This document shows, piece by piece, positions 11,201 to 18,592 of a stretch of 64,000 bases of DNA. The notes under the pieces were generated by a model. It was not told the origin of the DNA and did no database searches. It saw only the letters and a list, made by a program, of their open reading frames with translations. A program made the position numbers and the translations under genes. Numbering within the stretch: the stretch's first letter is position 1; every line of letters begins with the position of its first letter. The stretch lies in the sequence record NC_048047.1. The stretch is one strand, 5' to 3'.

Positions 11201-13522
11201 ATCTTCGTGTCGCCGGCGCGCGGCACGCTGCTGGTCATCAGCGACGACAACTACTTCCATGCCCTGCCCGACCCCATCGTCATCACGACGACGGCGCCGG
11301 CGGGCGCGGCCGTGGGCAATATCCGCGTCGACAATGCCCTACCGACCGTCACGGTGACGCCGCCTGAGGCTTCGATCTCGATCCCCGCGATCATCGAAGC
11401 CTACACCGGCGACTTCATCATCCTGGCGATCCCGCCGTTCCCGATCACCGAGCTTGCGGCCAACATCGCCATCGCGATGCCGCCGCAGATCGTCATCAAC
11501 GGCAATGACGCCGAGGCGTCCAACGACATCACCATCCCGCTGGTCGGCTATGACATTGTCGTCACGCCGCCGACCGCGACGCCCACGGGTGTGCATGCGG
11601 GCGACATTGGCACCATCGCGATCACGCCGCCCGAGGGCGGGCCTCAGATCGACGCCAATCCTTTGGCGAACCTGACCACGGTCAAGGTCGAGCCGCCGCG
11701 CTTCTACTACATCCCGCCGATTACCGTCATCCCGCCTGAAGGTCAGGCGCTGGACGCGATCTCGGTTGACCTGAACCTGCCGCTGCCCCCGGCCATCGTC
11801 CTGACGCCGTCGGATGCTGGTTTCCAAGTCGGCGTCAACATCTCCCTGCCGCTGCCGACGATCTTCGTCTCGCCGATCACGGCCATGGTGGTGATCGCCG
11901 CAGACGCCATCGGCGCGCTGCGCACGATCACGGTGGTCAACACGGTTGGCGTCGCACGCGTGCCGGCCAATATCAACCAAGCGATCGGGACGATCACGGT
12001 CCAGGCGCCAGAAGCCTATGCCGGCGTTCCTGGTGCGGCCAGCGGCGATCTGGTGGAGATCAACGTCGATCCGCCCTCGACGACGGTGACGGGCGCTGTC
12101 CTGGTCTCGCGCCCGCTGCTGACCATCAACATGGTCGCGCCCTTGGGCACGGGACGCGTTTCTGCGGCGACCAGCGGCGACATCGGCACGATCACCGTGG
12201 TCACGCCGACCGGCACGGGCACGACTGATCTGGTCAACGCCTATGGCGACATCGGCACAATCACGATCACGCCGCCCACGGGCTCGGCCATCGGTCATGC
12301 CCGAGGCCTGGGCCAGATCGGCACGATCCTCATCACCGCGCCGGCGCCGTCGGTTGTCGTCCCAGGCCAGCCCAGCGGTGAAATCGGCACGATCGTTGTC
12401 AGCGCGCCCGAGCCCCAGGCCGGCGTCGCGGTCGACCTCGCCGCCGACCTCGTCACGGTCACGGTCAATCCGCCTGAAGCGTCCGCCCTGATCATCCCGC
12501 CGGTCGAGACCTCGGGCGATATCGGCACGATCACGATCACCAACGCGCCGACCGCCTCGATCGTCCATGGCCACAATCTCGTCTTCCCGCTGCGGACGAT
12601 CAACGTCCTGCCGCCCGAGGCTCAAGCGTCGGGCGCTGTCGATCTGATCACCGAGCAGGAACTGACGGTGATTCTTGCACCGCCCGTTCCGTTGCTGTAT
12701 CAGGAAGCTCAGGTCATCGTTGGTTTCCCAACGATCTTCCTCTACGCCCCTGAAGCGACGGCCCTGGAGATCGCCGAGTTCGTCTCGGTCCTGGTTACGC
12801 CGCCGGATGGTTATGCCGAGGTCCCGGTTGCGCCGGGTGAGGCGCGTATCCGCTACCGCCGTTCGCAGATCAAGGGCACGGCGCCGGCCTCCCTGGAGCC
12901 TCGCGAAATCGCCCTCAACGAGTTTGATGGCGTGCTCTATACCCGTGATGGTTCGGGCAATGTCAAGCCGACGCCGCTCGGCAGCATCGTCGACCAGGGT
13001 GTGCCGCCTGATGGTGGGGATGAAGGTCAGGCGCTCAATGGCGCGCTGTCCTGGAGCGAGGTGACGCCGGTCTATACCGGTCCGATCCGCAACGCCCCGC
13101 CGGCCGGCGCCACCGTGCCCCTGGCTGACGGCGTGATCGGCTCCAACACCTTCACCCCGACGGTGGGCTTTACCTACACCCGTCCGTTCTTCGTGGCCAA
13201 GGCCATGGAGATTGCACACCTCGCCGTCGAGGTGATCGCCGCTGGTGCCGCCACGGCGACCTGCGAGATCATCAACTGGAGCCTGACGGGCACGCCGGGC
13301 GCGGCCATCGTGTCTGGCTCGGTCTCGGCGGCGACCACGGGCCTCAAGGCTGTGCCCAGCACGGCCGTGACCCTGGCTCCCGGCTGGTATGCGGCGACCT
13401 TCTCGGTCGCGGGCGCGGCCGGCACCAGCTACCGCGCCGCCATCACCCCCGCCACGGTGGGGCCGGACATGACGACGACCCAATCGACCCCGGCCTATGT
13501 CCTGGCTGCCCTGGAGACCTAA
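5276..13522 (+). CDS. Giant virion fibre-like protein (2748 aa): Gly-rich repeat domains, a LamG/ConA-like domain and a long Ile/Thr/Pro repeat stalk
   Basis: TTG start. Repeated WG.GGGGG / GGWP.GG / AVAGGGGG units; QDFTIEGWF...WAHYAVVRD...FNGKVDEFRVTIGVARY at approx. 8680-9270; many GDIGTI.V.PP repeats at approx. 10420-12830. Confidence 0.85.
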   Translation: MANLDLNTPVSATYTGASASYVATSDGQVTLHMWGGAGAGGYYSAGNGVANRYGGSGGYATVRFMVKVGDVVDVEVGQGGQVAAGSATTAANGGAGGWPDGGYGGKSSSVSPSSIGFGGGGGSTRVYLNSELVAVAGGGGGATGFYSGGNGGHVNGMQSTDASSGAGGTQFAGGVAGSGTLAIQSGSYFKGGAGGASSSTAHAFAGGGGGGGYYGGASNGGGSGAHGSGGGGSGWLNQDTIYTGRLRSGPQDNAGTPYDVPGIRPAGVAQGGTNVLAAGNWASITPGGNGFVYLALTDPSDGAPDLPTGSTQVDYSGARQVYKVANICSVDFELWGGGGGGGFYTSGGNAARWGGAAGYTKLTRVFYPGDLIEIEVAQGGQSPSGVSQTGGAGGWPNGGDGGRPTAGTPNFGGGGGSTNIYVNGRLLAVAAGGGGSTGFYYGGNGGGRYGLQSTDATAANGTAGTWGGINTTSSANRGYYMFGGHGSPLESSTIATALAGAGGGGGYFGGGGAKGGSGTHGSGGGGCGYVSGDNTYNRDMQLGVAGTGQPYTGSNKPAGVGVGGTGGSSAGTSSAGGNGCCLMTMSVITPATLPTTKTATVFTGAAEHFIAGSGGVLAVKLWGAGAAGGVRASGTLQRGGGGGFLQIDFIKIKTGDLVTFVTGEGGKGMPGGTLGGRGGWPNGEGGNAADATGGSGGGGGSSHVYVNGVLVGVSGGGGGGSISFSGATAGLTSYPPSSDNFNVNGSSLTIGGWSPQRGAEGNNRGVFMLGGMGQIDGNLTIDTPNNLCGGGGGGGYYGGPGAVPLNSRYQGGGPGTTYIAPGYKGTAIQGAAAGSNISDADWGNSASVGGQGANASGNSVLNGGHGRIVYEFTAAPNLDESIVTAVPVQSNVQHYVAANDGNLVLNAWGAGGGGSMITNGGGGERGGGGGYAAGTIAVKKGQIISFYNGRGGGGANYTSGASGSFVGSGGAGGWPDGGVGGFNSAMIAGGGGGSSRVYVDNVLMMVAGAGGGLGDGTTTRTPGGGGGTTGGTSDAPSGQNNGGFQYRGGFATGTAAKIIDATSSGSWFRGGSGFPAGGAANVSNAGAGGGGGGGLYGGAGSGNASVFIGGGGGSGFIADGWGVIDADRYAAYTGAQWSFETGTMADDGRSVDTILLDTAPTTTSSGPRYGTACGNFPGTGHLTAPLPRIIGTQDFTIEGWFSPTSIATGVLFTIGDQSINGLSLHYYPETTTLGLRYNNNGTGANDLKYTDSARQAAVWAHYAVVRDVNGTRVYKNGVLVSNIGGAPVAMTATTVTIGNYNAVAGASTRFNGKVDEFRVTIGVARYRQNFKPVPLRNTFSQIPTLTTLTQGTNGVTGQPAGTAVSGYISGRGVGAQTRQSVGNGNTGGDGQINYFVATSTVAASGPIGTVLVNGFDAVAGASYDLPPAPGVVVESFASVRTSYMAVTPGQTRVRVEMWGAGGGGCSGNSSLTTNGGGGGGYTVYEVDLNQYDRITVQTPSGGGGAVDANGTGPGGFGGYPNGGKGYRPATTTFNGGGGGSAQLWVQGALAAVAGGGGGGSYGSVASDYRGGAGGGATGENGFNDLNGGGSQSTGGYGSGNGQAGSYLQGGQGGVSEGIAGNGSGGGGGYYGGGGGGPGFGGSGAGAGSGFVNLTIPGYRTGSTVGGSGNLPGNTTSPNYVAGIGVGSNGKGGARLHGGNGRIVISVITPTPAAVSGDIGTVNVIAPPTVGYITGTPRGNIGTIQVVPPVGQYGFPANINAPLPTVTINPIESNPTTSALVIVPINDSTSITITGVEPAPFHVDGEGTGETPPILVVSPEPTVLIPGGAAGSLVDITIEPPLAVVNVIEPVYAFGDIGTITIEPLLGETDVNNDVFPSGNIGTILAIAPEGVAEPGPPNVIGDLKTIAVVAPEGAARAGASITGDFVDVLVIAPEAGVDGNALGDLDFMSVQVVPPLVSVSVFQDGETNIYADPGIIFVSPARGTLLVISDDNYFHALPDPIVITTTAPAGAAVGNIRVDNALPTVTVTPPEASISIPAIIEAYTGDFIILAIPPFPITELAANIAIAMPPQIVINGNDAEASNDITIPLVGYDIVVTPPTATPTGVHAGDIGTIAITPPEGGPQIDANPLANLTTVKVEPPRFYYIPPITVIPPEGQALDAISVDLNLPLPPAIVLTPSDAGFQVGVNISLPLPTIFVSPITAMVVIAADAIGALRTITVVNTVGVARVPANINQAIGTITVQAPEAYAGVPGAASGDLVEINVDPPSTTVTGAVLVSRPLLTINMVAPLGTGRVSAATSGDIGTITVVTPTGTGTTDLVNAYGDIGTITITPPTGSAIGHARGLGQIGTILITAPAPSVVVPGQPSGEIGTIVVSAPEPQAGVAVDLAADLVTVTVNPPEASALIIPPVETSGDIGTITITNAPTASIVHGHNLVFPLRTINVLPPEAQASGAVDLITEQELTVILAPPVPLLYQEAQVIVGFPTIFLYAPEATALEIAEFVSVLVTPPDGYAEVPVAPGEARIRYRRSQIKGTAPASLEPREIALNEFDGVLYTRDGSGNVKPTPLGSIVDQGVPPDGGDEGQALNGALSWSEVTPVYTGPIRNAPPAGATVPLADGVIGSNTFTPTVGFTYTRPFFVAKAMEIAHLAVEVIAAGAATATCEIINWSLTGTPGAAIVSGSVSAATTGLKAVPSTAVTLAPGWYAATFSVAGAAGTSYRAAITPATVGPDMTTTQSTPAYVLAALET

Positions 13523-14196
13523 TGACCGTCGTCACCTTCCCGTCGAGCGCTGTGATCTACCCCGAGGCTATCAAGCTTCGGGGTGGCTCGTTTCCGCCCG
13601 GCGCCCTGGCGCCGGGGGAGTTCTTCATCGACGAGGTCAACCGACTTCTCTACATGGAGACGTCGGCTGGCATCCTGGGCGTCCCGCTCGATGTCCTGGC
13701 CATCCCGCCGCTGATCGACCGCACCGCCAATGACAGTCTCGTCCTGGTGCGCACCGCCACCGGCGCGGCCTGGGACGAACTCGAAGCCGGCGGCGGCGGC
13801 ACGGTCTACGACAGCGGCGCCTATCGCGTGCCGGGCCTGACACCCACGGCCGTGGGTAGCCTCGTCCTGCCGGGCGGCTCTGGCGGGCAGGCCGTCTTCG
13901 AGATGCCGCAACCCGGCGTCCTGACGGCGATCGCCGCGCGCGCCAAGGCCGGAACGGGCTCGATCACCTTCACCCTGAAGAAGTGGGACGGCGCCCTGGG
14001 CGACACCTTGGTGACTCAGGGGCTGTCCTTCGCCACTGTCGAAGCCAAGGTCGCCAACTTCGCCGTACCGCTCGATGCGGGCTACTACGCCTGGACCTGG
14101 ACCTCGGCCGCCAACCTCACCCTGGAGACCGTTGAGGGCTTCCTGTCCTGGTCCTCCAGCCCCGAGGTCCATCCCGTTTTCATGCAGATCAGCTAA
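13522..14196 (+). CDS. Putative virion protein (224 aa)
   Basis: TAATG coupling with the upstream gene; the N-terminal motif resembles the C-terminal module of the 2748-aa protein. Confidence 0.8.
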   Translation: MTVVTFPSSAVIYPEAIKLRGGSFPPGALAPGEFFIDEVNRLLYMETSAGILGVPLDVLAIPPLIDRTANDSLVLVRTATGAAWDELEAGGGGTVYDSGAYRVPGLTPTAVGSLVLPGGSGGQAVFEMPQPGVLTAIAARAKAGTGSITFTLKKWDGALGDTLVTQGLSFATVEAKVANFAVPLDAGYYAWTWTSAANLTLETVEGFLSWSSSPEVHPVFMQIS

Positions 14197-14978
14197 TGGC
14201 GATCCAGAACCTCCGCTCCGAGATTTCCGACAGCTTGCCCAACCTGCTGCCGGGCATGATCGCGATCAACATCCCTGACGACATGCTCTGGGTCCGCAAG
14301 GAGGGCCGGCGCACGCGCGTCAAGCTCGCCGATGTACGTGATCGCGCGCCACCCGCCAATGGGCTCCCCGGCGCGCCCCTGGTGCGCGAGGGCGGCAAGG
14401 CCGTCTGGGATGACGCCCAGGCCCCGTCCAGTGTCGTCAATGGCGTCATCCGCGTGGACCTGCCACCCGCATCCGGCGTCTTCGCCATCCCTGGCGCGCA
14501 GATCACCGGCTTTGGCGCCGATCGCTTCCTGGGCATCAACGCCGTGGAGGTCGCCCCCTTCTATGTGCGCTCCGACAGCGTCACGATCACCCAGCTTTCG
14601 GTCGGCATCAAGTCCGCGTCCCCTGGAGCGATCCGCATCGGCATCTGTGATGCGCTGGGCATCATCATCACCGATCAGTTGATCTCAGCGCCCGTCCAGG
14701 GCGCCAACGTGGTCACCCTGGGCGCACCGCGCCTGCTGCCACGCGGCACCTATCGCACGATCCTGTGGGCCAGCGCCGCAACGACTTTTGGATCGGCCAA
14801 CGCCAGCGCACCGGAGCAGGGCTGGGGCTTGACCAATTCGAGCCTCCTCTTCACCCGCGCCTATCAGGGGCTCAAGGACATGAGCGCGGGCATCGGCAGT
14901 CTACCAACGCTTTCGGCCCGCAATACCAACGAGCCAGGGCAGGACAAGCTGGTCATGCTGCGCTGGACGACACCGTGA
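14196..14978 (+). CDS. Putative virion protein (260 aa)
   Basis: TAATG coupling; the same N-terminal motif, with a C-terminal beta-sandwich-like region similar to its neighbours. Confidence 0.8.
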   Translation: MAIQNLRSEISDSLPNLLPGMIAINIPDDMLWVRKEGRRTRVKLADVRDRAPPANGLPGAPLVREGGKAVWDDAQAPSSVVNGVIRVDLPPASGVFAIPGAQITGFGADRFLGINAVEVAPFYVRSDSVTITQLSVGIKSASPGAIRIGICDALGIIITDQLISAPVQGANVVTLGAPRLLPRGTYRTILWASAATTFGSANASAPEQGWGLTNSSLLFTRAYQGLKDMSAGIGSLPTLSARNTNEPGQDKLVMLRWTTP

Positions 14979-14985
14979 CAAGAAA

Positions 14986-15010
14986 AGGGCGGCCCACTAC
15001 AGGCCGCCCT
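14986..15010 (-). terminator. Intrinsic terminator hairpin between convergent genes
   Basis: AGGGCGGCC-cactaca-GGCCGCCCT; on the minus strand it is followed by TTTTCTTG. Confidence 0.7.
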
Positions 15011-15048
15011 CCCCTGGGATTTTGTTTGGGACAGACGTCGGCGCCGGA

Positions 15049-15405
15049 TCAGGTCTTGCCGGAGGTCGAGCGCTCATGCAGCCAGGACATGGTGTCCTGA
15101 CCCGAGAACCGGCCGCCCTGCTCCTTCAGGTCGCCCAACTGGTCGACCGGCACGCCCAGCGACTGGGCGACGGCGTCGCGGCTGTCGAAGGAGACGTCCA
15201 GGGCGTCCTGCTTGCCGAACGTGGAGGACGACAGTCCCCGCTGGAAGGCCTGGACGATCTCCGGCGTCGATTGGATCGTCTGGGTCTTGCCGTCCACCTC
15301 GATGGTGATGCGGGCGTCGCGGGCGCTCGGGCTGTTCAGCGCCTGGAGGGCGCCGTAGGCCTGGACGTATTGCGACTTGTCGTCCGACAGATTGAGATCA
15401 CGCAT
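15049..15405 (-). CDS. Hypothetical protein (118 aa)
   Basis: ATG with GAGGAG RBS on the minus strand, its own promoter and terminator, and good codon bias. Confidence 0.8.
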   Translation of the reverse strand: MRDLNLSDDKSQYVQAYGALQALNSPSARDARITIEVDGKTQTIQSTPEIVQAFQRGLSSSTFGKQDALDVSFDSRDAVAQSLGVPVDQLGDLKEQGGRFSGQDTMSWLHERSTSGKT

Positions 15406-15463
15406 AGAACTCTCCTCAGAAGGGGTTTGCGGGGCGGTGACGCCGGATGAGCGCCTGAAGTGG

Positions 15464-15492
15464 ACGCTATGCTGGGGTTATGGGGCCGTCAA
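15464..15492 (-). promoter_or_regulatory. Sigma70-type promoter for 15049..15405
   Basis: Minus strand TTGACG-17 nt-TAGCGT. Confidence 0.6.
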
Positions 15493-15530
15493 CGGGGTCT
15501 GAAAGAAAAATGACGTGTGTCATCAGGCGT

Positions 15531-15577
15531 GTCACCGTGACGTAATTCTTGACATGGTTAACGGCAGGCCCTATCGT
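15531..15577 (+). promoter_or_regulatory. Sigma70-type promoter with an upstream GTCACCGTGAC palindrome
   Basis: GTCACCGTGAC at 15531-15541; TTGACA at 15549, 17-nt spacer, TATCGT at 15572. Confidence 0.65.
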
Positions 15578-15602
15578 GCGCCCCTGACTGAGGAGTGCTG
15601 CA

Positions 15603-15911
15603 TTGACTGTCCGAATCTATGCCCCCGACGGTGAGCCGTTCGACGTTCCCGAGCACCGGGCCGGCGAACTGGTGCTGAACAAGGGCTTCAGCCGGCTGCC
15701 GCACGATCCCAACGCCGTTCCGCTCGTCCAGGAGACGCCGGGCTATCGCGAGACGATGGCCAAGGCCCAAGCTGAGTGGGACAATCTCCAGGCTGAACGT
15801 GACTACATCTCCGGCCAGGAAATCGACTTCGCCAACCTGCTGGCGGGCGAGGAGCCTCAGGAAGAGACCAAGCCGCGTCGCCGGCGCCGTCGCGCCCAGG
15901 CGGACGCGTGA
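15603..15911 (+). CDS. Hypothetical protein (102 aa)
   Basis: TTG start with GAGGAG RBS; GTGA overlap with the next gene. Confidence 0.75.
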   Translation: MTVRIYAPDGEPFDVPEHRAGELVLNKGFSRLPHDPNAVPLVQETPGYRETMAKAQAEWDNLQAERDYISGQEIDFANLLAGEEPQEETKPRRRRRRAQADA

Positions 15912-16414
15912 AGGTCGTAAACCTATACGGCGGACCGGGCGCGGGCAAGTCGACCACGCGGGCGGGCCTCTTCTATAAGATGAAGATGGCCCAACTGGTG
16001 GTCGAAGAGACGCCCGAATACGCCAAGGACCTGACCTACGAGAAGAACTGGACGGCGCTCACCAACCAGTGGCTGGTGATCGGCGAACAGAACCATCGGC
16101 TCAATCGCCTGCGCGGGCAGGTGGACTATGCCGTCACCGACAGTCCCCTTCCCCTGGGTCTGATGTTCGCCACCCCCGCGTTCCAGACCGAGTGGTTCAC
16201 CGACGCCGTCTGGGGTCTCTACGACACCTACGACAACGTCAACATCTTCATCGAGCGCGCCAAGCCCTACCAGAAGTTTGGCCGCAACCAGTCGGAAGAC
16301 GAGGCCCGCCTTATCGACCGCAAACTTCGTCACCTGATGCGCGATCGCATCGACCTCTATGTCCCTGGCGACGAGAACGCGTCCGATCGCATCATGGGTT
16401 TCTTGGGGCTTTAG
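15908..16414 (+). CDS. P-loop NTPase/kinase (NadR/AAA_28-like)
   Basis: VNLYGGPGAGKSTT Walker A motif, EYAKDL, and DYAVTDSPL. Confidence 0.8.
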   Translation: MKVVNLYGGPGAGKSTTRAGLFYKMKMAQLVVEETPEYAKDLTYEKNWTALTNQWLVIGEQNHRLNRLRGQVDYAVTDSPLPLGLMFATPAFQTEWFTDAVWGLYDTYDNVNIFIERAKPYQKFGRNQSEDEARLIDRKLRHLMRDRIDLYVPGDENASDRIMGFLGL

Positions 16415-16426
16415 GCCCTGACCGGC

Positions 16427-16501
16427 GCGGCTATAGCTCAGTGGTAGAGCGCCTGCTTGCCAAGCAGGAGGTCGAGGGTTCGAATCCCTCTAGCCGCTCC
16501 A
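16427..16501 (+). tRNA. tRNA-Gly(GCC)
   Basis: Full cloverleaf; anticodon arm cctgc-tt GCC aa-gcagg; CCA end. Confidence 0.95.
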
Positions 16502-16523
16502 TTCCCCCTTCCCGTGCAGACGG

Positions 16524-16599
16524 GCTGCCGTAGCTCTAGCGGTAGAGCGCACCCTTGGTAAGGGTGAGGTCGTGGGTTCGAATCCCACCGGTAGCACCA
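16524..16599 (+). tRNA. tRNA-Thr(GGT)
   Basis: caccc-tt GGT aa-gggtg; TTCGAAT T-loop; CCA end. Confidence 0.95.
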
Positions 16600-16622
16600 C
16601 TCCTAAGTCTAAGGCTAAGATT

Positions 16623-16877
16623 ATGAAAACCCACGAGTTCTGCTACTGGCTGCAAGGCCTCTTCGAGATCGCCGATCCCAAGACCTTGGATGAAAATCAG
16701 GTGAGGATCATTCGAGCCCATCTCGACATGGTGTTCCTCCACGACATCGATAAGCGCTATCCGGCCGAGCAGCAAAAGGCCCTGAACGCCATCCACAATG
16801 GCCTGAAGGTCGCGGGCAAGCCGCCCGTCTCCACGTCGGTCGTCCAAGATGACGACACCACGCTCTTTCGCTGCTAG
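16623..16877 (+). CDS. Conserved phage hypothetical protein (84 aa)
   Basis: MKTHEFCYWLQGLFE pattern; start placed at the ATG after the tRNA rather than at 16572. Confidence 0.75.
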   Translation: MKTHEFCYWLQGLFEIADPKTLDENQVRIIRAHLDMVFLHDIDKRYPAEQQKALNAIHNGLKVAGKPPVSTSVVQDDDTTLFRC

Positions 16878-16886
16878 GCGCTGAAC

Positions 16887-17186
16887 ATGCGCACCCGCCC
16901 AGGCGACCACTGGCACACGCGAGCCTACCGCTCGCAGCACGCCCCGATCGGCTACCTGTTCTTCCAGGACAATCCCCGCATCCACCAACAGCGCAGCACG
17001 GTCAATGCCTCGCCGCTCTGGGGTATCCGCAGCGGCACGGCCAAACACGGCGTCGGGCCTGGATCGCGCCTGTTCCGCGAGCGCGTCAAATGGCGCCGTC
17101 ACATGACCGGCTATCGCTTCAAGCACATGCTCCGCCAGCGCCGCAATCCCTACGTCTACTACGCCGGCCGCTACGCCAATGATTGA
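16887..17186 (+). CDS. Hypothetical basic protein (99 aa)
   Basis: ORF in an operon-like chain; ATGA overlap with the next gene. Confidence 0.6.
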   Translation: MRTRPGDHWHTRAYRSQHAPIGYLFFQDNPRIHQQRSTVNASPLWGIRSGTAKHGVGPGSRLFRERVKWRRHMTGYRFKHMLRQRRNPYVYYAGRYAND

Positions 17187-17451
17187 CGATGAGGACGAGT
17201 TTCTCTGCGACGTCTGGGGCGATTGTGAGCCCTACGATACGCAGGCCCACCTGACGATCGGCGACTGTCAACACTGTGGCGGCGTGCGCTATCACGTCAA
17301 CAGGCGCTGGATGACCTGGACGCCGGCGATCCAGGACTATCTCGATCACCACGACATCACCGGCTACAGCCAGGGCATGATCCTGGACGACCACCTGCCC
17401 GATAGGTTCGTTCCATGCAAGACGCCAATTTCGGCTACCACGTCCGCCTGA
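17179..17451 (+). CDS. Hypothetical protein with Cys pairs (90 aa)
   Basis: CDVWGDC and CQHC suggest metal binding; overlaps both neighbours. Confidence 0.55.
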   Translation: MIDDEDEFLCDVWGDCEPYDTQAHLTIGDCQHCGGVRYHVNRRWMTWTPAIQDYLDHHDITGYSQGMILDDHLPDRFVPCKTPISATTSA

Positions 17452-17675
17452 TCCCCAAGGGGGTTCTGGGCGAAGTCTCCAAGATCAAGGAGGAGTTCGC
17501 CGAGTTCGAGGACGCCATGGAGCAGGGCAGCCTGATCATGGCGCTCGTGGAGCTTTCCGACATGCAAGGCGCCATCAAGGCATGGCTGGCCAAGCACGCG
17601 CCGGGCGTCTCGCTCGACGATCTCAACACCATGAGCCTCATCACCGAAAGGGCCTTCCGCAATGGACGCCGGTAG
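17415..17675 (+). CDS. Small all-alpha MazG-like/NTP-pyrophosphatase-like phage protein
   Basis: GYH..IPKG.LGE.SKI.EE..E..DA......MALVELSD pattern, with the acidic EExxE...ExxD arrangement. Confidence 0.65.
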   Translation: MQDANFGYHVRLIPKGVLGEVSKIKEEFAEFEDAMEQGSLIMALVELSDMQGAIKAWLAKHAPGVSLDDLNTMSLITERAFRNGRR

Positions 17676-18240
17676 CTGGAAGCGCCTGCATCAGGCCGTC
17701 GAGTTCTATGTCGATCGCGGCTACACCTATGTCGACGCGCCCTGGGCCGTCGGCCGCCGAGTCATGGACATGACCTGTCCGCGCCCTGATCTGGCCAGTC
17801 CCCTGGAGGACAAGTTCTTGGTTGGCTCGGCCGAGCAATCGTTCCTGGAACTGGAGATCGACACCCTGGGCACGGGGCGTTTTGTGGCGCTCACGCCTTG
17901 CTTTCGTGTCGCCGACGCCGGCCGCTCGGTGAACCATTCGCCCTATTTCATGAAGGTGGAGCTTTACTCGAATTCCGCCCTGCGCCGCGAACGCGTCCTG
18001 CGTCGCATGATCGAAGACGCCAAGGCTTGCTTCACCATGCTGGGCGCCACCAACCTCGAACTCCACAACATTCAGGACGAGACCGCCAAGTTCGCCCAGG
18101 ACATCGTCTGGCGCGGACTGGAACTGGGCTCCTACGGCATCCGCAAGCGTCAACACCCCGTCTTGGAGGAGGAGCACATCTGGATTTACGGCACCGGTCT
18201 TGCCGAGCCCAGATTTTCCCAGGCGCTCCGCCGGTACTGA
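17662..18240 (+). CDS. Minimal class II aminoacyl-tRNA synthetase-like catalytic-core protein (192 aa)
   Basis: Motif-1-like YVDAPW, motif-2-like LTPCFR, LVGSAEQSF, ELGSYGIR and motif-3-like YGTGLAEPR; no anticodon-binding domain. Confidence 0.7.
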   Translation: MDAGSWKRLHQAVEFYVDRGYTYVDAPWAVGRRVMDMTCPRPDLASPLEDKFLVGSAEQSFLELEIDTLGTGRFVALTPCFRVADAGRSVNHSPYFMKVELYSNSALRRERVLRRMIEDAKACFTMLGATNLELHNIQDETAKFAQDIVWRGLELGSYGIRKRQHPVLEEEHIWIYGTGLAEPRFSQALRRY

Positions 18241-18286
18241 TTTCGTGTCACCGTTCAGCCATTCCTGATGTGAGATACGCCACCTC

Positions 18287-18352
18287 ATGACCTTCTCGAC
18301 CTTCCTTTTCCGAGAGATCGGCTCCGCGAGCCGAGATACCACCGCCTCCTAG
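18287..18352 (+). CDS. Putative 21-aa leader peptide MTFSTFLFREIGSASRDTTAS upstream of tRNA-Glu/Asp
   Basis: Same GCCACCTC-ATG start context as the leader at 26798; overlaps alternative hairpins. Confidence 0.4.
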   Translation: MTFSTFLFREIGSASRDTTAS

Positions 18353-18380
18353 GCTGCTGGTACGACGGCTCGCGTGATGT

Positions 18381-18457
18381 GGGCCTGTCTTCTAAATGGA
18401 CTAGGAATCTCGGCTTTCAATCGAGCAATGCGGGTTCGAGCCCCGTCAGGCCTACCA
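18381..18457 (+). tRNA. tRNA-Glu(TTC)
   Basis: gggcctg/caggcct acceptor stem; ctcgg-ct TTC aa-tcgag; CCA end. Confidence 0.9.
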
Positions 18458-18483
18458 ACAATTCACGATCGAAAGCCACCCTG

Positions 18484-18559
18484 GGCTCTAGGGTGTGAGG
18501 GTTAGCAACGTCGGCTTGTCAGGCCGGAGGAAGGGGTTCGAGTCCCCTTAGAGTCGCCA
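18484..18559 (+). tRNA. tRNA-Asp(GTC), atypical D-arm
   Basis: Acceptor stem, anticodon arm (tcggc-tt GTC ag-gccgg) and T-arm are good; G at positions 8-9 and a poorly paired D-stem. Confidence 0.8.
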
Positions 18560-18592
18560 TTTCGCCCGAACGGGCACAACCAATCGAAAGCA

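Noticed and set aside
975-13483. Very long minus-strand ORFs (975..3368, 3516..5246, 5231..9058, 9110..10678, 11339..13483)
   Set aside because: These are antisense shadows of high-GC3 plus-strand genes, with Arg/Gly/Ala-rich nonsense composition and no RBS.
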